A DNA stretch of 64,000 nt from Callorhinchus milii (lineage: Eukaryota), in contig NW_024704743.1 in NCBI RefSeq assembly GCF_018977255.1, positions 57,352,001 through 57,416,000 on the forward strand. Direction: 5' to 3'. The translations under genes and the position numbers were made by a program. Below the pieces are notes generated by a model. The model made no database searches, was not told the DNA's origin, and saw nothing but the letters and a program-made list of their open reading frames with translations. Shown piece after piece: positions 42,885 to 58,050 of the stretch; within the stretch, counting starts at the first letter, position 1; the number at the start of each line of letters is the position of its first letter.

Positions 42885-43075
42885 ATTTTTAACCTGAACA
42901 AGAAGATGGGAACTTATTTCAATGTCCTTCCAAAGATGGCACCTCCGACAATGCAGAACTCCTCCAGCACTGTAATGGAGTGTCAGCCTGGACTGTGAAT
43001 TCAAAGTCGAGATATTGGCCTTGAACCCACAATCTTCTGACTCAGAGGTGAAAATGTGACTGAATGAGCCAATGA
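42885..43075 (-). mobile_element. Deu-domain-type SINE, 5' half
   Basis: Reverse complement of the 9100 head and core. Confidence 0.65.
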
Positions 43076-43354
43076 GCTTGACACCTGAACTGAACAATAG
43101 ATATGAGAGTTGGGTCAGTCTGCAGGTTGACCAGTCAATAGAAAGGAAGGGGAACAAAAGGTCAGTTGTTTCCTTTAGGATCTAACCTAGACATCAGGTC
43201 CTGATTAGAATGTATGCAGTGGCATGTGCCTTTGGCCACACTTTTGGCAGTGTTTAACTTTCAGGATGAGGCACATTTTTCAGGGCTTGTGGAAGTGGAG
43301 GTGTACTTAGCTAAATCACAAATCAACCATGAAGTCAGCTTCAAAATTAAATAA

Positions 43355-43507
<153 letters not shown>

Positions 43508-43852
43508 TAACCTTGCCTCTGACCTCATTTATTTTAATCTGCACTATAATAGCACTAAGGCTTTTAAAATAAGTCCATATCCAAAATGGGTTTGTGTCAG
43601 TGCGGTTGCAAAATTTAAACAGAGAACATCTGGAGTGAAGCAAAAAGCTAAAGTCACTCGTTGCAAACCAGTTCTGTAACTAAAGCAAATACAAGTAGTA
43701 AAAAAATGTTTCAGTCTATTCAGAATTAAATTATGTATTTTAAAATATTAGTACAGTTCCCTAATTTTCTAACAAAATTGCAGATTATATTTTATTCAGT
43801 TATTTTACCTCGTGATTTATTGTAATTGTCAACATAGAGCCCGTTTTTTAGC

Positions 43853-44170
43853 AATAATAATAATCCTTGCATTTGATATAGCGCTTTTCACGTCAGGAGG
43901 ACGTCCCAAAGCGCTTCGCAGAACACACTGTAAAGTGAATTGACTGTATATTTGTGGGCGAACGCGGCAGCCAATTGCACACAGCAATGTCCCACAAACA
44001 GTCGTAGATTGAAAATGACCAATTTATTATTGTTTTGTTTTGGAGGGATTATTATTAGGCTCTGTGTGGAGTAAGGAAACTTGCCCAAGGTTTCTCCCTC
44101 TGCCTGGAATTGAACTCAGGTCTCTCACTTGCAAAGCGAGTACTCTAACCACTGAGCTACAGGACTCCAC
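43853..44170 (-). mobile_element. Full-length tRNA-Ala-derived SINE
   Basis: Near-identical reverse complement of 60401-60720. Confidence 0.9.
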
Positions 44171-45628
44171 AGTAGATATGCAAAGTATATACATTATATA
44201 CATATGCAAAGTAGATACATTAAGATAAGATGTATGAAGGTAACTTCAGGTTAAAATCATCTTTTAAGAAGGGGAGATCTGAAAAAGAGAAATACTCAAG
44301 GGTATGGGAAAAGGCAGGGGAGTGGAACTAGATTGCTTTTCAAATAGCCAGTGCAGGCACAGTGGGCTAAATGGCCTCCATCAGTGCTGTAAATTTCCAC
44401 ATGTTAAATGGAAAGATATCAAACAATATCAATGCAAACTTTACTTACACTTGCAAAAAAATTGATTTATTGCTAATAGTGGTCAGTGGTATAAAAGCTC
44501 TTTGTCGAGGGAGGAAATGAAGTCTCTGTAAACCCGCTGGTTTATTTGATGTTGAGCAAGATCATAAGATTTATCCAGATGAAGAAGGCCCTTTGGCCTA
44601 TCTGATCTCAACACTTCAGAACACCCACAGAACCGTCCCTCCATCACTGCGTCAAACTGCTTTTTAAATGAAAGCGTATAAAAATCCTATTTAAAAGGGA
44701 TGTTTAATGGCTAATTTATAAATAAAACACGGTTAGGAGTCAATTGAGTCAAACATAAGGTGATAATACTTGTTGATTAACAGTGCATTATTTACCCCAC
44801 CTGCCGAGAAGGTCCCAGGTTCAGTCCTCAGTTTGTGCTGTAGGAGTTGTTTGAATAGAATCCCCAAATAAGATCATAGAATTCCCTAATAAGAAAATTA
44901 GGAATGTGTGGTGCAGAACCAAGGTCTGCACTTCCAGAGTTGAGATCCCATGGGTCAACATGACATGCCTCTGGTTAGTGTAAGGAGCCCCCAATCAGTT
45001 TCCTTATTAAAGAATCCCATTAGAAATTGCTGCATATTAGACCCCAGAGTGTGAGTTGTACCAAACTGCACAGCATTTCCTCTATTAGTGAAATAACTGA
45101 AACCGCAGAACTGAGCTCTAAAATCCAACATTCCTGATGAAATGCTGCAGTTGATGTAATTGCAAATTCAGTATATGTGCAACATTTGTGCAACATTCCC
45201 CTGGGCAGGAACTTATAGTAATTGAGCCTTTGGGCTAAATAAGCTATTGTATATTACAAAAAAAGAGAAAATGGTTACTGGGAAACTTTGTAATAACGTG
45301 GTTGGCTAGGTCCGGTATCTCACGGACACGATATGTGAGCCCCCAAAATGGCCAACTTCTGGGTCATCAGGTCACTGCCTGTACATTGCACCCATGCATA
45401 GAACGTGCTATTGAAGTTACATCCTTAATGAAGTGACACAACAATAAGGATTTTACAGGTGAGGAAATGCATTATTCTCTGGTAGTAGATTTATAGTTCT
45501 AAGATCCGTACATTAATGAAACATGGAAAATCTTTTGTCTTGTCCTCCAAATTCCTGGAGAAGTTTCTGCCACTGGGCTGATATGTTAGACTGTGACAAA
45601 TATTGAGGTCCTGCAATCAAATGGCACA

Positions 45629-45859
45629 GTTTCCTTACTCCACACGCCTAATAATAATCCCTCCAAAACAAAAAACAATAATAAATTGGTCATTTTCAAT
45701 CTACGACTGTTTGTGGGACATTGCTGTGCACACTTGGCTGCCGCGTTTGCCCACAAATATACAGTCAATTCATTTTACAGTGTGTTCTGTGAAGCGCTTT
45801 GGGACGTCCTCCTGACGTGAAAAGCACTATATCAAATGCAAGGATTATTATTATTATTA
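45629..45859 (+). mobile_element. tRNA-Ala-headed SINE family, 5'-truncated
   Basis: Near-identical to the body and tail of the 60401 copy. Confidence 0.88.
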
Positions 45860-46417
45860 TGGTTTGAACTGACACACTTCTGTGTCACAGCAATGGAAAT
45901 GAGTCTTATTTATCTGCATTTCACATGGACATGCAGAGATATTCAGCAGCACGTCAAAACACGATAAGCCTGAAATTCCACTGTAATTTCCACTGTAAGA
46001 CCTTAATCTCATAAACTTTAAAATCATGTAGAATTGTGCAAAAAAAAAACTTTTAATGTGAAAATCTGAGCGATTAAAAAAAAAATGGTTTTGCAAATTG
46101 ATGTTATATTTACAATTTCTCCAAAATTCTACCCAAGCTTAAATGTTCAGGCAAAAAAGGTTCTTACAGATGAAGGCTGGGTGAAATTTCAGGCCTCAGA
46201 TTTGTAACAAGAAGGTGTGAATAATTGCCACTCTTTACAGTAATTGCCCCTTACCTCAACCATGGGAACTCCTGCACCATTAAGGTTTGATCAGTGGGGA
46301 GCAACTATGTGATGCACATCCAGTTACTATTTGCATCTTCATGTTATGGATATGGCATACTCTCCCCAACGATGCTATTTAACCTTTTACATCAAAACTT
46401 GTGGTGTTCAACTGTGA

Positions 46418-46678
<261 letters not shown>

Positions 46679-46719
46679 TAGAATTTGATGGAAATCAAAT
46701 TGAAGCATGTAGTGATAAA

Positions 46720-47230
<511 letters not shown>

Positions 47231-48265
47231 TAAACTCATAGCATTTCTTCTGATTATCTACTGGTAAATTGGGATTCGATTGATAAAATAAATGTGCTGT
47301 TTAAACTGTCCCTTTCTTGCTTTCCGTTCCTCGAGTCCAATTGTAAGATAGAATTTAAAATCTTGGGCTAAAAGATCATGTGTATAATATTTTTTCTTCC
47401 TGCTACTGTATCAGCATTGCAGAATGGGGATTGTCTCCCCATGGCAATAGCCAATGTTTTAATCCATTTTGGGGCACTCATTTGGGGGCTGTGATTTGCC
47501 CTGAAATCTGAAAATCCATCCAGGCTATCCTGCAAGACTATTTTGTTGTAAGATTGTTCAGGATAATGGAAAATTCTTAAATTTAGTTTCAATTTAGAAG
47601 CCTTTTATTGTAAAAAATAACAGATTCCATTTTAAGACTGAAATTAAAATAGTTTTACAAAATAAGACCAGGTGGAATTTCAGGTTGTAATATTCAGAGG
47701 AGACACTATGAAAGTTGGCAATGGTCAGTTACAATGGAGAGACTTTCGGGAGATTTCATTGAAACATTCAAGTTCATAAGGGTATAGATAAATTGAATAA
47801 CCTCAATATAGTGGAACACCTTTGATCAGCCTGCCAATTAACTGCATGTCTGTTTAACTGCGCCCATGTGGAACTTGGCTATAAGGTTGCAAGGTACTGT
47901 GTGTGAGGTTGCAAGCTTGGTTTCCAAGTATGGATGATCTAACATTGCGAGCCTAACAAACTTGCACGCAACTTCTGATTTCTACAGCAACAATATTTTT
48001 TCGTGTAAGGAAAGTAAGCGTTTAGAATTATTTTTAGTCCATAGTTTAGAAATATAAAGAGGGAGGAGGGAGAAAGGAAGTTAGCGAGACACTCAGGTAG
48101 GTGAGAGATGCACAGACAGCAAGAAATTCAAAGTAAGAGAGAAGCAGACAGGTAGAGAGACACACAGAGATAAAGAGAGAAACAATAAAAGCAAGATAAA
48201 AGGGAAACAGTGAGATAGAGAGTAACAACATTTCAGTGTTTAGGATTTTTGAATGGATGTACTAA

Positions 48266-48445
<180 letters not shown>

Positions 48446-49050
48446 TGATTCCCTTAAATCTAACCACTTATTTTATCTGAAAATCTAACCCCTTATTAAA
48501 TCTTCACACTCCCCATAATTCATATTGTGCAGTGAAAATCTCATCAAATAGTCTCCTACTTCCCTTTCTACGTGCAAATGTCAGGATGGTTTTCATTTTG
48601 TGTGGCTATGTATAACAATTTGTACACAGCAATATAATCATCTATAAACCCCTTGATTTTTATTTTTATGACTGAGCTTCCAGCCACCATGCCCTTATTC
48701 TCTTGAACTCTTCCAAAACCACCTTCCCTCACTACTTCACTCTCCTCTTTCACAATTTCCCAGGAACACGTCTCTACTCCTGTGCCTTTCATCAGCATCT
48801 TTAAATCTCTCATTTGCCTGCTCAGTGTGTACCACATAATATAACACTGTCTCACAGCATTTGGTTGCAGTAGAGGGGGAAACACTTTGGGACACATCTG
48901 AATAGGTGTAAGTTGTACATAAATATAAATTGTTGTTGTTCACCAGGCTTTGTTGTGGCTGTTCGTGCTAAAGCCTAGATGGTGCCCAGAAACGCATTAA
49001 AAAGTAATAATTTCTTCCTCCCCCCCTTCCCCTACATCTCCCCAATACAG

Positions 49051-49071
49051 GTATCAATTAGACTGGGCTAA
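49051..49071 (+). CDS. vwde: VWDE terminal coding exon (VSIRLG*)
   Basis: Long pyrimidine tract then tacag at 49050; phase 0; TAA at 49069-49071; followed by about 2 kb of AT-rich, repeat-poor UTR-like sequence. Confidence 0.72.
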   Translation, partial: VSIRLG

Positions 49072-51076
49072 TGCAGTATCACTAACAAGGAGGAGTGGTG
49101 CAATGCTGAAGTTGGTTGTAAGAGAGCCAGAATTGGTTTTGCTCAATTAAAAANGACTGCAAACATCAAAGAGTGGACTGCATTAAACTAAAGAATTAAA
49201 ACCATGGGGTTTTGATCAAAACCACATCCAGACTTTCAATTGAGTATCACAAAATGGTGTTCTTCAGTTGTTATAGTAATGTAACGTGCTTGCAGTTTCA
49301 ACAGAATTATACAAAGTACTGTGAAGATTAAGAATGTAATGTTTTTGTCTCTTTCTGTAGTTTTACTTCACAGTGAAATGGGCCTCACAGGCCGCAATGT
49401 ACAGTCACTCATGGTCCAATTAAATTAGAAAAACACCTTTTGTTGATGAAATGTTCTCGTAATGTTCACCTGCTGCAGAACTGCCAACTTTATTTCAATT
49501 TCTCTTATGGTGTCTCTTTAGTTTTGCAATTGCATTTAATCCAAAATCGGAATTCTGCATCAATAATTATTTCCAGGTTCAAATTGATTCACTGAAATCT
49601 GCCCTAATGATTTTGCAGCCAAATGCACATGTGCTCAAAAAAGATTTTGTCTGTCACTAAGACTGTAAATTGGACTGATTTGTATGGATTAGGATTAACT
49701 CAACTTGATACTGGTTGAGGTGATACATTTGACCTCAGTATTCCTGGACTGTGGAGGGTACATGCCCATCTAGTTTGTGATTTGAAATTTTAATCCCAAT
49801 GCCTCCCCTTTCACCTTACCCTTCAATACCTTTGCTGCGAATTCTTTCTCTCTTTTAAACATCCCTATTGATTCTGCCTCTAAAGCTTTCTGGGGCAGAG
49901 AATTCCACATCTTCACATCCCTGTGTGTGAAGAAAAGTGTTATCTACTGTCTTATTAATTTTTAATAACCGAACCACAACCCCTTTCACATCACTAAAAA
50001 GATCCTTTATACTTTAAATTATATTTTGCTATGGAAGGATTGTACTAGCATTTCCCCTTAACAAACTCCAAATCACTGTCATTTTGGCTAATTATAGAGC
50101 ATGACTTACTGGACATGTATTACAACAGGATGCATATAGCTGTGCCTGGGGTATATTGGTATAACCATAACCTTGCTACACTGCAGTGTACAGTCTACAC
50201 AGCAAAACTTGGTGCATGAGATTTAAAGAAGTGAATAAGGCAAGATAACTACTATTATCCATTGTATATCCAAACCATTTACTCCCGAAGCTATCAAAAT
50301 AAATACATGCAGAATACTAACATTAAGGAATACCATAGAGATTGCAAAATAAATTTTAAATAAAAAATAATGTCCAGTTAGACATTATTTTCTTAAAAAT
50401 GTTGTGAGATATTATGCATCATATGGCAGTATAGCAAGAGTGAGCTGGGAAATTAGTAGGAGACAATGTTTACAAACAACTGCATGAGATCCATGTATAT
50501 TAAGTCAAATACATTGCTGTGTTTGTTTTCTTTTGGCTCCAAGGGATATAATCAGTAATTGAAGTTTGTTGTTTTTCACAGTTAAATATGATTAATATCT
50601 GCCCTGACAGTATTCTTGTTAACTCACTGTTAAATTAACGGTATAAACTCCTTGCTCACAGTCCTGGTTTAAAGTGAATATTTTATATAAAATTGATAAC
50701 CAAATTGAGTATATTTAGTGAAATTATTTACTGCTTTAAACTACTTTTATATGTAAAACAAAAGCATTAATATTCAAATCTTATCAGCAATAATGGTTGC
50801 TGTACTTCTTCACCCCTTCTCAAAATTCTGTGGGATTTGGGATTTTTATCCAAATTAAATTATTGAAATTTGGCATGAAAATATTGAAATTCCTTGTGTA
50901 TATAGCAAGAAAACACCAGTTTATTGTCATATAAAGGAGCAATAACTTGATTTTGAATTATTTTAAATATCAAACTCTGTGTATATAAACATCACTTATG
51001 TGAACATTGAGGTTTTCACGTGACGAATATTTGAACTTTATTTTTAATTGCCGCGTTGTAAATCCTGTACATTCAG

Positions 51077-51082
51077 AATAAA
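51077..51082 (+). terminator. Candidate VWDE polyadenylation signal AATAAA
   Basis: AATAAA with downstream GT/T-rich tract (gagtttgtgtttgttt) at the end of the AT-rich UTR-like block; other AATAAA hexamers occur near 50350. Confidence 0.55.
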
Positions 51083-51674
51083 CACATGAAACCTTGGTAT
51101 TGAGTTTGTGTTTGTTTATGTAAGCAGTTTATAGCCTGAGTTATTTTCCCTTTTACAATGGTGTTTATAAAAGTACTAGATGTGTTAGCAATACCTGTGC
51201 ATGAGATCTGAGGAATTGAATGAACAGGTGCATGTTAAAGATGGAACTACAGTATCTGAAAAGAGCAGGAATTTTCTGTTTCACTATGGTGGTTATTAAA
51301 GAACGAGATGTGTCAGCCTGCTGAGTTGGTACCATTCTCATTTCATGAGTTGGTAGCACTGTTGTCTCTGAGTTTCAAGCCAAACTCCACGTCTGGACTT
51401 CAATATATAGTCCTGGGACTCTGAAGCGCTACATTGTTGGAGGTGTCAACCGTTGGATGAGATGTTAAACTGAGGTCCATTCTGCTAGTTCAAATGGATG
51501 TTAAAAATGGAACTATTTGAAAAGAGCATCAACAACAAAATTGCATTTGTATAGCGCCTTTCATGCTGGGAGTACGTCCTCAGCGCTGGACAATCAGTGT
51601 TTCAGACTCGAGCTGGGGGTAGGGCTGTGTGTGGAACATTGATGTGCCCAAATTGGTTGGCGCTTCACCTACAA

Positions 51675-52270
51675 ACAACAATAACTTGTATTTGTAGAGT
51701 ACCTTTCACGGGGGTAGTGTTTCAGAGCGCTTAACAGTGGCGGAGTCTGACACCGAACTGGAGGGAGCGAGGAGGTGACATAGGCACGATCGAAGAGGAA
51801 GGTTTTCAGGTGTAATCTGAAAATGGGAAAGGAGGGGCAAGGTGGAGGGATTGAGGCAGAGAGTTCCAAGGTTTCTGGGCATAGTGGCTGAAACCACAGC
51901 TGCCAATGGTGATGCGGAGGGAACGAGGGACAAGCAGGAGACGAGAGCGGGGTGGGGGGGGGCGGGTAGTTGAGTGGGGAGTAAGTGGATCAAAGAGATA
52001 GGGAGGTTCCAGGGCGTGAAGGGATTTTGAGCCGAGTGTAAGGATCTTGAAGTCAATCCGTTCTGTGATTGGGAGACAGTGGAACCTGACCAGGACTTGT
52101 GTGATTGGTTAAGGAGTTTAGTGCAGGTGAGTATATGGATGTTGGGAGTTTTGACTTAGTTGGATTTTGTGTAGAGCGCAGCTGGGGAGACCAGCGAGGA
52201 GGGCTTTGGCATAATCAAGACAGGAGGTGACGAAAGCGTGGATGAAGGTTTCTGCTGTGTTGAGTCTGAG
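51675..52270 (-). mobile_element. L2 3' fragment
   Basis: - strand AETFIHAFVTSCLDY...; (caa)n tail. Confidence 0.75.
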
Positions 52271-54565
52271 GTAAAGTACAGATGGAAGTGAACAATGTGA
52301 CAGAAGTGGAGGAAAGCAGTACACAGTCACTACACTTGATAATAAATACTACAAAGCAATTTGTCACATCCTCCCGATGTGAAAGGCAGTATACCAAATG
52401 TAAGGATTTTTATACTGCTATATATTCCGACCTATATTTTCTTTAGATAAAATATTCAATGCTGTCATACAGATTACATTTTAATTATTATCCCATCTCT
52501 GAATCTCAAACCTCAGTTAAGTTTAGTCTATTTTTACTCTACTTCTGTTCCCCGGTCCTGTGATCACAGATTTGTTACCTGCATTTAAAATTTTAATTAA
52601 ATGACCTACAGCACTTTCAAAAATTTCAACTGTTGAATTGTCTTCCATTCACTGACGTTTTTTTGAAATTAAATTCAATGCAATGAAATGCTTCATATCT
52701 TAAGACCCTTAAGTCTTAGAATCATTCTTTTTTCTTTCAAACCCTTGACATATTAATAATAAAGAAATATTACTGATTTCTAGAAATAATCGTGTGTATC
52801 TAACAAATATTGTTATTTTAAGAGAAAACAGAGGGCATGAATGTCCCTCTGAAGGTAAGATTCCCATAATTTATTTATTGAGCATTCTGATCAATTGAAA
52901 TAACATCCAATACTTTTTTCCAACCAAAAAGATATATCCCAGAACTTGATTAGCCTGGCTAATAACCATATTAGTGTGACTGACTGCCTTGATTGAATTC
53001 TTAGTAATCTCTTTTTCCATTTCAACTGTTAGCAATGGACAAGGCATTCATGGTTTCTGCACAAATATACGTTACCTTTCATTAAATTCATTATCATTCC
53101 TTCACCCACTGATTCAATTTCTCCAGATCCCCTCGAATGCTATTAATCTCATTTAAAGCTTATTACCTACCTTGTTTTTTTTCCCCCCAAAGGCATCATT
53201 GGGGGTATTTTTGTCATAATATCAAACCATCATAAACTTGAGTGCAGCCTGGATTGGGAATAGTGTCTGGACTCAATATCACACTTATTTTATGCTTTAA
53301 AACTGATGATCGCAGGCAATGTTCTATCCCTCTTCAGCAGCATGAGAGGGAATAGAGAGCACATCAGCATCTTTGGGGCAGGCCAGAGTGAGTTTTTAAA
53401 AAAGAGGAATAAAATAATAATCTTATTCTTCAAATAACATAACAATAAAGACGCATGAAAAAACAAAGAAAACAGCTAAAGTAACTAATGATAACATCCA
53501 ATATAAATCTGAAGAGTTTATCGCTCCACTGACTCCCCATCCCCCATGTTCAAAATTCTCACGTTCAGATCCCTCTACAGTCTCCTCCCATCTTATGTCT
53601 GCAACTTCCTCCTATGAAACTGCCCCAGCTGCTCCTTTCACTCAGCGAACACTGGCCTGCTTCATGTCCCCCACACTATCCACCTCATCAGCAGCGGGGG
53701 AAGTGGGGGGAGGGTTCAACCGTTCTGCTCTGACTCTCTGGAATTCCAGCCCAGACTACCTCCAACTCCTTCCCTCCCTTTTTCAAGGCAAGTCTCAAAA
53801 CACCTCTTTGACCATGCTTTCAGTCATCTCTCTCTCTCGACTCTCACTCTCATCTTGGGTGAGCAGCCAGCACTGCAAAACACTTTGAGACATCTTCCCG
53901 ATGTGAAAGGTGCAATAAAAATGTAAATTGAATACATATGGGATTTCCAAGAGGTGAGAGCACTTCTGTAAACTAGGTTCAGCATACTAGAAAGTGATTA
54001 TGATTTCCCACGGAAATGTACGTCATAATTAGAGGCCACTTGACCCTTATTTTCCTCATGTGTCACTTCATAAAGAATTCTTAATATTTCTTGAAACTAT
54101 CCTTTTTTTGTTCACCTACAAAACAGCTATTCGCTTTACAGTAAATTGTGTCAAGCTCTTTCAGAGCTTCTGCTGTGAAAGACGTTATATCAAACGTAAA
54201 GATCATCATTTATTTATAAGAAAACACGTACATGGGTTTACAAATAGTACACTGACATTACCATTGTAAAATTTTACTGTAATATTAAGGTTTGTTAAAA
54301 CTTAAGGCGTTAAAAACTTAAGTTTTGAAAACTGCTGTGTTTGATTAAAAAAAGGATTGTACACAAGAATTTAAAATCTTAAAAGTAATATACCAGCACC
54401 AACCTTTCATTACATTTAATAGGAATGTGTATACACAGAAAGTGAACAGTACATTAGAAGAAAGCGTATAGAGGCTACTCCCCTAACTCTTTTCCCCCTA
54501 CCCCACCCCAATATACAAAACACACACTGATTGCTTTTAGTTGCTATAAGAAGGTAAATACCTAC

Positions 54566-54571
54566 TTTATT
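54566..54571 (-). terminator. Candidate polyadenylation signal for the SERAF-like gene
   Basis: AATAAA on the - strand about 135 nt past the stop, with a GT-rich tract (gtgtgtgttttgt) downstream. Confidence 0.45.
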
Positions 54572-54704
54572 TTAAATTCCATTCATTTCCCAGTTTTGGG
54601 CACTGTAACTCCATCGTCATTGCAGAGATCAAACCAGTAAGATTTTACCAATCTCATGTGAAAATGAAGACAAGCATATGGTCTTCTCTCTAGGAAATGT
54701 CTCC

Positions 54705-54814
54705 TTATTCACTTTGCTTTCGCTTGCACTGTGCACCGGTGTAGAATCCACGACATCGACACACATTTGGAGCTATGCACTTTCCTCCGTGCAGGCAAGG
54801 GAGTTTACAGACCG
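54705..54814 (-). CDS. seraf: SERAF-like exon 5, EGF5 and stop (VCKLPCLHGGKCIAPNVCRCRGFYTGAQCKRKQSE*)
   Basis: ttttcccccag acceptor; TAA at 54707-54705. Confidence 0.92.
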
Positions 54815-56146
54815 CTGGGGGAAAATGCCATGGTTACCATTTTTACCATGTTTTTAGAAAAGCAACAGTAATTCTAGGACTTTAACAATACTCACATGGG
54901 AGGTTAGGAGTTAGGATATGAAATGCCCTGCCGGGGAGGGGTGGTGAAGGCAGAATCCATATTAGCTTTCAAAAGGGAACTAGATCAAGACCTAAAAACA
55001 GTCAGCTGCAGGAATCCTGCACACGTACAGACCACAGAAAGTGACATCAGCAATGACCCAATGACCAAGAAATCATCTATCTTTCAGTACACAGTGTGAG
55101 GCAATATAAGGAAGCCAAAATATCTGCCTTCTAATGCACTATGCCACTGCAGATGTGAGCTGCAGAGCTGGCAGCTTCGCAATACACAACCTAACCTATT
55201 CACACGTGCAGGTTGTGTACTCCCAATTCCTGTATTGAAGCTGCTCAGTAGCACAGGCACTTTATAAGCAAAGCCACATTATGATGAAGCATGCTTTAAT
55301 GAGATCTAATGCGGCAAGTTGCTTCAAGTCTCTATTTCCTTCGGCGCCTACCCAATAAAGTTCCCTTCTTCATCATTTGGTTATTTTCACAAAAACATTC
55401 TATTCTCTCCCTTGACTGGAACTGCTAGATAACATCTTTGTGACTTACCTTCTTAAATTCAAATTTAAAAAGAATTGGCTTCAACAGAATTCAAGAATTT
55501 TCCACCGTTCTGAGCAATATTATATTTCAAGATAAAAAAGATGTAATGGCTAAGAGCAGGGGAAAAATATGGCCTTGAGCAGATGTTTAACATGGAGAAT
55601 TGATCTGAGAGACAATTTAAGTTTTGCAACATAAAGTACATCAGCAGTTACCTGCCTTTAGAAACCATATCATGCCCCTATTATGTAGTACTATATAGTG
55701 CTATATCTCTGCTGTAAATGGCACTGGTTCTATTTCTACTATAGCTGTGTGCTAGTTTCATAGCAGTAAAAGGCAGCAATTCTCTGGGAAATAATTCCAC
55801 CTGGTTCTAGATTTACTCTATTAGTGCAGCATTTTTGGCTACAAACGACCCAATCACTACCCTTTACAGTATATACAGTGCAACACTTTGATTCAGCCGC
55901 TCAACAAGAAGATACTAAATCATATTTAAAGATTATTGTTTTACAGCATCCAGAATTTGGCAAATTGTTCAGCTTTAAATTTGAAGCCAATTTTCTGAAG
56001 TTTTTGTTTCAAAGAACTCATAGAAAACATACTAAGATGGTATTTAAGAATGTGCCAAATCCTGGATGCTCTTAAATAATACTTTAATAGAATAAACCTA
56101 GAACTGGGTGGAATTTCTCCCAACTCATCGATAGGTTCTGACTTAC

Positions 56147-56242
56147 CTAAGTGGCAGGCTCCACCAATCCATCCATCTGGACAACTGCAAATACCTGGTG
56201 CCACACAATTCCCACCATTACGACACCCTTGAGGACAAATTG
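56147..56242 (-). CDS. seraf: SERAF-like exon 4, EGF4 (ICPQGCRNGGNCVAPGICSC...)
   Basis: cctcag/gtaagt; 96 bp, phase 1-1. Confidence 0.92.
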   Translation of the reverse strand, partial: QFVLKGVVMVGIVWHQVFAVVQMDGLVEPAT

Positions 56243-56420
56243 CTGAGGTAGGAAGAAGAGATATGAGATAGATGTTTAAAGGATCCCTAATGCTCACAAC
56301 GTACTGATGAAGTATCTGAGGATTGCACAAACATAATTTTACCTTAAGCAAATTGAAGCAATGCAAGAATTTCATTTTGCACTTCATTTAAAACAAAATA
56401 TAATCAGAAATGTTTGTTAC

Positions 56421-56525
56421 CTTCTTGACATCTTGGCCCTGTCCAGCCAGAGGAGCACAGGCACTTCACAACACTGTTGATAGAAATGCATTCCCCACCA
56501 TTTAAACAACCACCCTCACAAGTAG
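56421..56525 (-). CDS. seraf: SERAF-like exon 3, EGF3 (TCEGGCLNGGECISINSVVKCLCSSGWTGPRCQE)
   Basis: ctctgcag/gtaac; 105 bp, phase 1-1; translated by hand, not in the ORF track. Confidence 0.92.
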
Positions 56526-57954
56526 CTGCAGAGACAATAAGAGGGATAAATTAACCTTGGACGAACTTGGATGTTGATCAAAAGTGCATAAACAAATGAT
56601 TGATTGGGATAGAAAAATAATGGTAACCATGCTAACTAAGTACCACATTTGTGATGCTTGATAATGCACAATTGCCCATAAATACACAGTCACTGCATAT
56701 CGTGTGAAGCGTTTTGAGACATCCCCTTGACATAAAATCGAATGTAAGGATTATTTTTATCTTAATAAATCAATTTATAAGTCATTCATTTATTAGGAAT
56801 ACTTTAAGAAACATTACAAACCTGCAGGTTGAAATGACACTATTAGGCCACAAAATGGAGTTTTAAATTAGTGCTTCCTAGGGACTCAACTAATGTGCCT
56901 GGGGAAGGGGGTGGGGATTTTCTTCCCTGGCAGAGTTCATTTCCCTTCTGCGCTCTTCCAACCAGCAGAAGGGAAAAGTCTTCTGTTCCATTAGTTTAGG
57001 CACACTCCAAACCCATAACCTAGAGGTGAAAGGGCAATGTGCTATCCCACTGTGATACTTAGTCCCTGCTGTTCATGTCTCCAACAATGCTATAGTATCT
57101 TTGTTGGTGCAAACGGCTCTTTAACAATATAAAAAAATCACTCCTTGTGCAGTGGTTAAGATGACCATTGTTAATAATAATAAAAGGCAAAATTTTGACG
57201 AAAGATCATCGACTTGGAATGTTAACTAACTTTCCTCTCTCCATAGATGCTGAGTGTTCCCAGCGACTTCTGTTAATAATAATCCTTACATTTGATGTAG
57301 CGCCTTATCCCGTCTCCGAGATGTCTCAAAGCGCTTCACAGAATATACTGTAAAGTCAATTGACTATATTTTGTGGGAGAAATATGGTAGCTTCACTTTG
57401 GAGACCAATTGCAAAGTTTGTGTCCCAAATAATCAGTTGTATGAACCAATGGGAAATAAATTGGGAGTTCTGACCCCAGTTATTGATGGAGGTCCCTTTA
57501 TAAACAAGGTTATATTCTGCCAGCCCTTGCGTACTGTTTATAAAGAGTGCATGACATATTCAGATGAACAGATTGGCTTTAAATTCATAATTTGCCAAGA
57601 ACCAAAGCGTAGGTGATCAGAGCTTTAGGATTTCAATGGGAGAATTTCCCAGTCTGACTAGGTACAAAACACAGCAACCGGATTAAATTCCCAACACAAC
57701 AAATTGTTTCAAAGGGCTTTAAAAACAACTCCCCACCATTATTACAGCAACAATGACAGGATTCAAACTATCCACACTGGTTTTCTGACCCTCTGTTCAT
57801 TTATTTTCACTCATGTAGATCAAGACTTGAAAAGTAAGTCAGAAGTGCTTTTGAATTCAGAAGCAAAGCCGAGAAGGTTTGTAGAAGGCAATTAGTCAGT
57901 TCACAACCTTTCGTTCATGCTCTCTCTCTCTCTCTCTCTCGCCCCTTGTTGTAC

Positions 57955-58050
57955 CTTTGTGACAGTATCTTCCTCCAACTCCAGGAGGACAGCGGCATTT
58001 TCCGGGACGGAGACACTCTCCACCGTTTTTACACTTCGGGTAACAAGTCA
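57955..58050 (-). CDS. seraf: SERAF-like exon 2, EGF2 ([20 protein letters not shown]...)
   Basis: atttcag/gtac; 96 bp, phase 1-1. Confidence 0.92.
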
